From NCBI GenBank assembly GCA_965208105.1, contig OZ242318.1, forward strand, positions 4,320,001 to 4,384,000: DNA of 64,000 nucleotides, written 5' to 3'. A program made the position numbers and the translations under genes. Positions 58,449 through 64,000 of the stretch are shown in pieces. Numbering within the stretch: position 1 is the first letter of the stretch; every line of letters begins with the position of its first letter. Source of the DNA: Candidatus Latescibacterota bacterium (lineage in GTDB: Bacteria > Latescibacterota > UBA2968 > UBA8231). The notes beneath the pieces were generated by a model, which searched no databases, was not told the DNA's origin, and worked only from the letters and a program-made list of their open reading frames with translations.

Positions 58449-58565
58449 TACAGCGCCAAGCAAGTTTTCCATTTGTAAGCCTGCCCTGCCCTTGGACTGT
58501 TGCTTTCGGGGGCTTTTTCGAAACCCTATTCCACCTCTTTAAGGTTGCGATAGAGGGGAAACAGA

Positions 58566-59921
58566 TTGGCAAACCAAGACCTGGACCTATACGAACGCGT
58601 TTACGAACTGTTCCACCACCTGGGCCTGACGAAAGCGCACGTGGCCGCCCACCAGTGGCCGGGTGACTGGCAAGGTTTGGCCGGCGAGCGCCCCGAGCTG
58701 CTCTCATCCTTGACCCTCGCCGGCGGATTGCCGCCAGACACCTCTGCGTTGGAAGACATGTCCGTGCCCCTGTTCGTTTTCTACGGAGAAGGTGGTTCTG
58801 CCCATCGCGATATCGGGCCGACCTTGGATTCCTGGACCAACGCAAGCTCATTGAAACTCAGCGGCTATTCCCGAGAGCTGTGGGACGATATCGTAGCCGA
58901 CCATTTACAAGAGGTCGCGCCGGCCTGGGAAGAATTCCTTGGAAACGCGGATGCAGCGGCTGCGATTCACGAGGCCACGTGTAAAGAAGGCGCCATCCAT
59001 AACGCTGCTTGCAAGGAAGGCAGCGGCGAGCGTGCGGGGTTGAGGTATGAGCTGCGCGGCTCGGGACCGGCGCTGGTGTTGTTCCCCCTGGGACTGGCGA
59101 AATCTCAGTGGGAACCGCTCGTGGAACGACTGGCTGAGCGCTATTGCACGATCACCGTTCGGGGGCCGCACTTGGGGCCGGCGGCGGTTCTGGAAGGACG
59201 CGCCAGATCGAGTGGATACCTGGATGTTGTAGGAAGGGTTGTGGATGCGGCGCGGCTGCAGCCGGGAGAACGGGTGCTCGAGGTGGGGTGTGGTACCGGC
59301 GCCATTGTGAGAAGGCTGGCCGCGCACAACCCTGAATGTTCCTTCACCGGTGTCGACGTGAATACCTATCTACTGGAGGAAGCCAGGTCACTGGCGGAGG
59401 CAAACGCAGCGGAGGCGGTCAAATTTGAGGAGGGAAACGCCGAGACGCTGCCTTTTTTCGACGGAAGCTTCGATGCCGCCCTGTCGTTCACGGTGCTCGA
59501 GGAGCTGGATGTGGACAAGGCGCTGGCGGAAATGGTGCGGGTGGTGAAACCGGGAGGTCGGGTGGGCGTTCTCGTCCGTTCGGTGGATACAAATGTGGTC
59601 GTGAATCTACCGGTAGGCGCCGAAGTACGACAAAAGTTGGAAGCGCCGCCCCGATGGTGGGGAGGGGTAGGGCAGAAAGGCTGCGCTGACCGGAGTTTGT
59701 ACCGCAGATTTATCGACGCCGGGCTCAAGGATGTACAGATGTTGCCGCAGCTTGCCACCTACACTGACCGGGAACGATTGGAGGGAGTGTATCCTCAGTT
59801 TGCTGCGCTGCTCGATTCAAAAGAGCGGGATGAATGGTGGACCGCGGTGCAGGCCGCCACGGCGGAGGGAACCGCATTCATCTCGCAGCCGATGCACAGT
59901 GCTGTAGGTACGAAGCCATAG
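58566..59921 (+). CDS. Methyltransferase with degenerate alpha/beta-hydrolase-like N-terminus
   Basis: G.GPALVLF..W..L..RLA; VLEVGCGTG, LPF.D.SFD, RVVKPGG. Confidence 0.8.
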   Translation: MANQDLDLYERVYELFHHLGLTKAHVAAHQWPGDWQGLAGERPELLSSLTLAGGLPPDTSALEDMSVPLFVFYGEGGSAHRDIGPTLDSWTNASSLKLSGYSRELWDDIVADHLQEVAPAWEEFLGNADAAAAIHEATCKEGAIHNAACKEGSGERAGLRYELRGSGPALVLFPLGLAKSQWEPLVERLAERYCTITVRGPHLGPAAVLEGRARSSGYLDVVGRVVDAARLQPGERVLEVGCGTGAIVRRLAAHNPECSFTGVDVNTYLLEEARSLAEANAAEAVKFEEGNAETLPFFDGSFDAALSFTVLEELDVDKALAEMVRVVKPGGRVGVLVRSVDTNVVVNLPVGAEVRQKLEAPPRWWGGVGQKGCADRSLYRRFIDAGLKDVQMLPQLATYTDRERLEGVYPQFAALLDSKERDEWWTAVQAATAEGTAFISQPMHSAVGTKP

Positions 59922-60043
59922 CGCGGTCCGAATCCACCTGGTGCCGACGCAGTGCCCGTGCCGTCTGTCGGCCGGTGACCGGTGCTCGCCCAAGTCCCGG
60001 ATCGATCCGGCCTCACCTGCAGAGCAACTTTATCAACGGGCTG

Positions 60044-61558
60044 TCAGCCCACATACGCCGCATGCAGGCAAGCGTCTTCGGGCCGGATGCCTCCCCAGAT
60101 CACCTTTACCCGAACGGGACCGTCGAGCGCAGCCAGCGAATCGCGTTCCGCCCATCCCACGCGCTGGCGAAAACCAGACTCGGTCACGGCGATGCAATCG
60201 TCGCAGGAAAAACCGGGAATCGGCTCGAACTCCCGGGTGAGGATCTCGACCTTCAGTTGGCTGTGCTCGGATAGTCCTGAGGCGTTCAAATAAACGCGGG
60301 CACCCTTGCCCTCCGTCTCCATCGGGCATGAGATAAAGTGGGAGGGCTCGACAACGGAACCGAAGTCCTCGCTCGAATCGAAGTGAGCCAGTTGGACCGC
60401 AGCTGGATCGGGTGAGAAATGGGCAAATCGGTCCTTGGGCCAGGTGGCGACCCGCACCGCGTTCTCGGTAGCGGCGGATTCCCGCCAGCCGCCATACCAG
60501 AAGATGCTGCGGTCGCCAATGTTTTCGAACCCCTGGCCTTGCAGCAGACGTGGAGACGCGCCGTCGGGTTCTTCGTAGGCAGGAACCATCTTGAAATCCG
60601 GCACCGGTTCCTTGAAGTGCATGGCATCGTGGCTGACTACCAGCCCCAGGTCGCAGGTGCTGAAGCGGCGGTCGTTGCTCTCGTTGTGGTACTGGCCGTA
60701 GATCCCGATGAGCACGTTGCCCCGATTCCACAGGGTGGCCCCGATATGTACCTGTTCGCCTCGATGCACCTCGAAATCGGTAGGGGGACGAGGCGGAATA
60801 TTGTCGCGGCGAAAGCTGAGGAGCGCGGCTTGAGGCCAATGCTCGAAGTCGTATGACGTGAAGGTGATCATGGTCCGTTTGCGAGCGCCCTTGATGGGGT
60901 GGGGTATGGCGGAACCCTGGCCGTTCAGGTAATAGCAGTCGCCGTAATGGACGAGGCCGCCGTGTTCGAGTCGAGAGCCGCGAATGATCGGGTTGTGCGG
61001 CGAGTCGACCCAACGCAAGCCGTCCTCCGAAAAGGCGGCCGACACGGCTGCTGAACTGCCTGCATAGACCATCTTGAAACGCCGCTTCGGGTCCGGATCG
61101 TCAGGTTCGTAGAGCACGGCCAGATGTTCGGCCGGGATCATTCGAGCTTCCCCGTTCCCAACAAGGCCTACCAGATTGTTGTTCTTGTTGCCGGCGTATT
61201 CGAGGATGCCCAGCTTCGGTTTGTCCCAGTCGATTCCGTCCCTGGAGACCGCGTAGCAGACGCGCCGAACATCATCGGTGCCGGCACCGCCGTACCACAT
61301 GCGATACTCCCCATCAACGCAGAGAACGCTGCCGTAATAGACCACTTCGGTGTGATCGGGATCTTCGGGGCCACCCTGAACGACAACCGGTTTTCCGGGG
61401 TGATCGGGGTCGAACCCATGGCCTGTCTCGTATGGGGTTTTTCGCGCGGGCGAAAGCTCCATAAGCAGGTTTTTGTTGAGCGCAATCGAATAGTCGTCGA
61501 AAGGGAAAAGCACCGCTTCGGCGATGGATTGAATCGGCCCACCGTTGTGTACGATCAT
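60044..61558 (-). CDS. Hypothetical beta-propeller glycoside-hydrolase-like protein; paralog of 18162-19634
   Basis: AVLFPFD, YAVSRDG, LSFRRD..PP, HFISCPM; RBS GAAAGGA. Confidence 0.7.
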   Translation of the reverse strand: MIVHNGGPIQSIAEAVLFPFDDYSIALNKNLLMELSPARKTPYETGHGFDPDHPGKPVVVQGGPEDPDHTEVVYYGSVLCVDGEYRMWYGGAGTDDVRRVCYAVSRDGIDWDKPKLGILEYAGNKNNNLVGLVGNGEARMIPAEHLAVLYEPDDPDPKRRFKMVYAGSSAAVSAAFSEDGLRWVDSPHNPIIRGSRLEHGGLVHYGDCYYLNGQGSAIPHPIKGARKRTMITFTSYDFEHWPQAALLSFRRDNIPPRPPTDFEVHRGEQVHIGATLWNRGNVLIGIYGQYHNESNDRRFSTCDLGLVVSHDAMHFKEPVPDFKMVPAYEEPDGASPRLLQGQGFENIGDRSIFWYGGWRESAATENAVRVATWPKDRFAHFSPDPAAVQLAHFDSSEDFGSVVEPSHFISCPMETEGKGARVYLNASGLSEHSQLKVEILTREFEPIPGFSCDDCIAVTESGFRQRVGWAERDSLAALDGPVRVKVIWGGIRPEDACLHAAYVG

Positions 61559-61761
61559 ATCTGAGTCCTTTCCACAGCGAAGTTGAAGCCGAAATCTGCT
61601 CAAAAGGAAGGGCTGCGTCAACCGATTCAGGGTTTGGGGAGGACGGGAAGGACCAGAGATGTTAGATTTGGCGCAGGTTTTTCGTGCCAACCTGATTGCA
61701 CCCAACAATTGGCGTTTCGCGTCTTGAGATACCAGACAGCGAGCATTCCCGGAGGAGAACA

Positions 61762-62811
61762 ATGGCTGCAGAGCAACTGTTCATCGTGAGCACACTGACG
61801 GATTCCGATGGAATCTTCATCTATCGCATAGCCGACGCAGACGGGCATCTCGAGTTGGTTCGACAATACAAGGAGATCAGCAATCCGTTCTTTATCGACC
61901 TCCATCCGAACGGCAACGTCGTCTACAGCATTTCAGATCCGGACAACGAACAGATGGTGGAGGCTCTTGCCCTGGATCGTGCCACCGGTGAACTGACGCC
62001 GATAAACAGACAACCGACCCAGGGGGGCTACCCCTGTTACGTCGCGGTCGATCCAAGCGGGCGAATGGTGGTTGCGGCCAACTACCAGGGAGGCAGCGTC
62101 ATATCCTACCCGCTCGAGAATGACGGGGCGCTGGGTCCGGCGGGATCTTTCGTGCAGCACGTTGGCCACAGCGTCGATCCGCGCCGCCAGAAAGAACCCC
62201 ACGCCCACTGTTTCAAGGTGGCGGCCGACGGCCGGTTTGCCTTTGCCGCCGACCTCGGCATGGACAAGGTCATGATCTACGCCCTCGATCCCGAGGCTGG
62301 CAGCTTGAGTCCCGGCCAGCAACACTTCGCTCGCGTCCAACCAGGAGGCGGCCCCCGGCATTTCATCTTTTCACCGGATAGTCGGCACGGCTATGTCATC
62401 AACGAGATGGGGAACACCATTACCACGTTCGTTTACGACCGGCAGCAAGGGCTGTTGTTGGAGCGGGACTCGGTGCCAACCCTGCCGGCGGATTTCGACG
62501 GCAACAGTGCTACAGCCGATCTGGCGTTCACCCCCGACGGACGTTTCCTCTACGGCACCAACCGGGGTCACGAAAGTCTCGCCATGTTCACGGTGGATAT
62601 CCAAAGCGGTGCCCTGACTCCCAACGGAATCGAGCCGAGCCGGGGGGAGATGCCACAGAATATCACCATCACCCCCGACGGGAAGCTGCTCTTTATAGCC
62701 AATACCAATGGCAACAACCTGGTCGCCTTCCACATAGATCAGTCTTCGGGTAAGCTGAATTTCAGCTGTGAACTCGAGATGCCGGCGCCGGTATGTGGTG
62801 TGCTTGGGTGA
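61762..62811 (+). CDS. Lactonase family (6-phosphogluconolactonase-like)
   Basis: ANYQGG, PHAH, ADLG.D, GPRH, NRGH. Confidence 0.9.
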   Translation: MAAEQLFIVSTLTDSDGIFIYRIADADGHLELVRQYKEISNPFFIDLHPNGNVVYSISDPDNEQMVEALALDRATGELTPINRQPTQGGYPCYVAVDPSGRMVVAANYQGGSVISYPLENDGALGPAGSFVQHVGHSVDPRRQKEPHAHCFKVAADGRFAFAADLGMDKVMIYALDPEAGSLSPGQQHFARVQPGGGPRHFIFSPDSRHGYVINEMGNTITTFVYDRQQGLLLERDSVPTLPADFDGNSATADLAFTPDGRFLYGTNRGHESLAMFTVDIQSGALTPNGIEPSRGEMPQNITITPDGKLLFIANTNGNNLVAFHIDQSSGKLNFSCELEMPAPVCGVLG

Positions 62812-62863
62812 AGGAGATTACACGTCGGTATTGAGGTTGTGGCGATCGGATGCCAAAAGCCAT

Positions 62864-63964
62864 CTAATCGAGCTCGAGCCTGACCCAGCGCGTGTGGGTC
62901 ACCCCCTCTGACGTACACCAGAAATAAGTGAGCAGATCGCCGTCCGGAAGTTGCAGCCCTCCCGGTTTGCCGAAGGCGATCTGTATGTGTTCGGCGTGAA
63001 AGCTATCGGCGCCCGGCGGCCCCATGGTCGCCTCCGCCCCGGCATCGAACAGGACCACTTCGCGCTCGACGTCCAAACGGCCAAGGTCTTCGCTGAGTGC
63101 GATATGCACTCCTTGTGGTTCGTGACGAAAATTGTAGACCGCCGCCACCCGCCCGTCCGCCAGGGCGATAGGGGCGCAGACCTGGCCGCGCAGGTTGGTG
63201 GGTTCGGGAGCCGACCAGGTGCGCCCCTGATCAGAGGAAACAATCCAGTGGTTGTTCAGGTCTTCGGAGGTCCCATCCACGTGGGTCCACAGCAAGATGC
63301 AAACCCTGCCGTCGGGCAGGACGGCTCCCATCTGGTCGTAATACATCAGCTTGTTGTCCGGATCGTCGGCCGTCGCTGTCAGCTCGCCCCAGGTCTGGCC
63401 CCCGTCGGCGGAAAACACGGCGGCCGATTTCTGATCGAGTGGAGCGGTTGAGCCCTCTGGTTTCCAGGTTTCGAGGGTGTAGATCCAACGGTTCGGACTC
63501 ACTTGCAACACCGGGCCGGTCCCGTTCCAGCTGTATCTCTCCGGCGGCAAGTCGACGGGCACGACCTGCGGTTCGGACCAGGTCTTTCCCCGGTCCTCCG
63601 ACCAGATCAACAGCATCTCCGATCGCGACAGGGTCTCTGACTCCAGGTTGAAGAGTGGAGCTGTATTCCGCGGGTAACGGTCGGCGGAGATGAGAAGGCG
63701 GCCGTCCGGTATTGCAACGATCTTCGGCGCGCGATAGGTGTATCGCTCATCCGGACCTTCGCCACCGTGAATGCTGCCGCGGTTATCCCAGGTTGCCCCC
63801 TCGTCACGAGAAATAAGGAACTCGATGTGGTTGTCCGACGAACCGAGGCTCTGTCCCACGTGCTGGGCGGCAACCCAGGTGCCGTCGGCCAGCGGGGCGA
63901 TGGTCGGCATATAGGCTCCAATCCCGGGCCGGCGGGATATAGTTCCGCTGTCGACGATTTTCAA
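62864..63964 (-). CDS. Sialidase/BNR (Asp-box) repeat protein
   Basis: SRDEGATW, SEDRGKTW, SADGGQTW, SSDQGRTW. Confidence 0.85.
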   Translation of the reverse strand: MKIVDSGTISRRPGIGAYMPTIAPLADGTWVAAQHVGQSLGSSDNHIEFLISRDEGATWDNRGSIHGGEGPDERYTYRAPKIVAIPDGRLLISADRYPRNTAPLFNLESETLSRSEMLLIWSEDRGKTWSEPQVVPVDLPPERYSWNGTGPVLQVSPNRWIYTLETWKPEGSTAPLDQKSAAVFSADGGQTWGELTATADDPDNKLMYYDQMGAVLPDGRVCILLWTHVDGTSEDLNNHWIVSSDQGRTWSAPEPTNLRGQVCAPIALADGRVAAVYNFRHEPQGVHIALSEDLGRLDVEREVVLFDAGAEATMGPPGADSFHAEHIQIAFGKPGGLQLPDGDLLTYFWCTSEGVTHTRWVRLELD

Positions 63965-64000
63965 TCGGCTATTGCTCCCTGGTTGGTTATCGGTGGCCGC

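Noticed and set aside
1-64000. tRNA, rRNA, riboswitches, prophage or conjugation genes
   Set aside because: None recognised by eye; a covariance-model search would be needed to exclude small RNAs.

Overview
GC-rich bacterial accessory region with no rRNA, tRNA or CRISPR and no intact transposase or integrase. The gene mix (many PhyH dioxygenases, xylose-isomerase-like TIM barrels, beta-propeller hydrolases, sulfatase, ankyrin and LRR proteins) resembles that of sponge-associated heterotrophs; this is inference only. The main hidden structure is about 15 co-oriented (+ strand), variably truncated copies of the 3' end of an IS91/ISCR-type rolling-circle element. Each carries some of the transposase C-terminus (...CPTCGGRLRIIAALTDP...PQFEFAA*) and/or one of two non-coding tails that end sharply in an oriIS-like CCTATAC motif. 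The copies divide the window into 1-12 kb modules of catabolic genes, defence candidates and broken gene fragments of differing composition. One tail family contains a conserved outward sigma70 promoter (TTGACA-17-CATAGT), and the gene after almost every end is co-oriented and starts within about 20-140 bp. This suggests an integron-like, rolling-circle gene-capture and expression array. Also present: a low-GC pentapeptide/K+-channel plus nucleotidyltransferase pair (Hailong-like), a SIR2-TIR/NDT-HEPN protein, an HTH-Fic protein, a MITE, and IS630/IS1380 relics. All calls come from reading motifs by eye; no searches were run.
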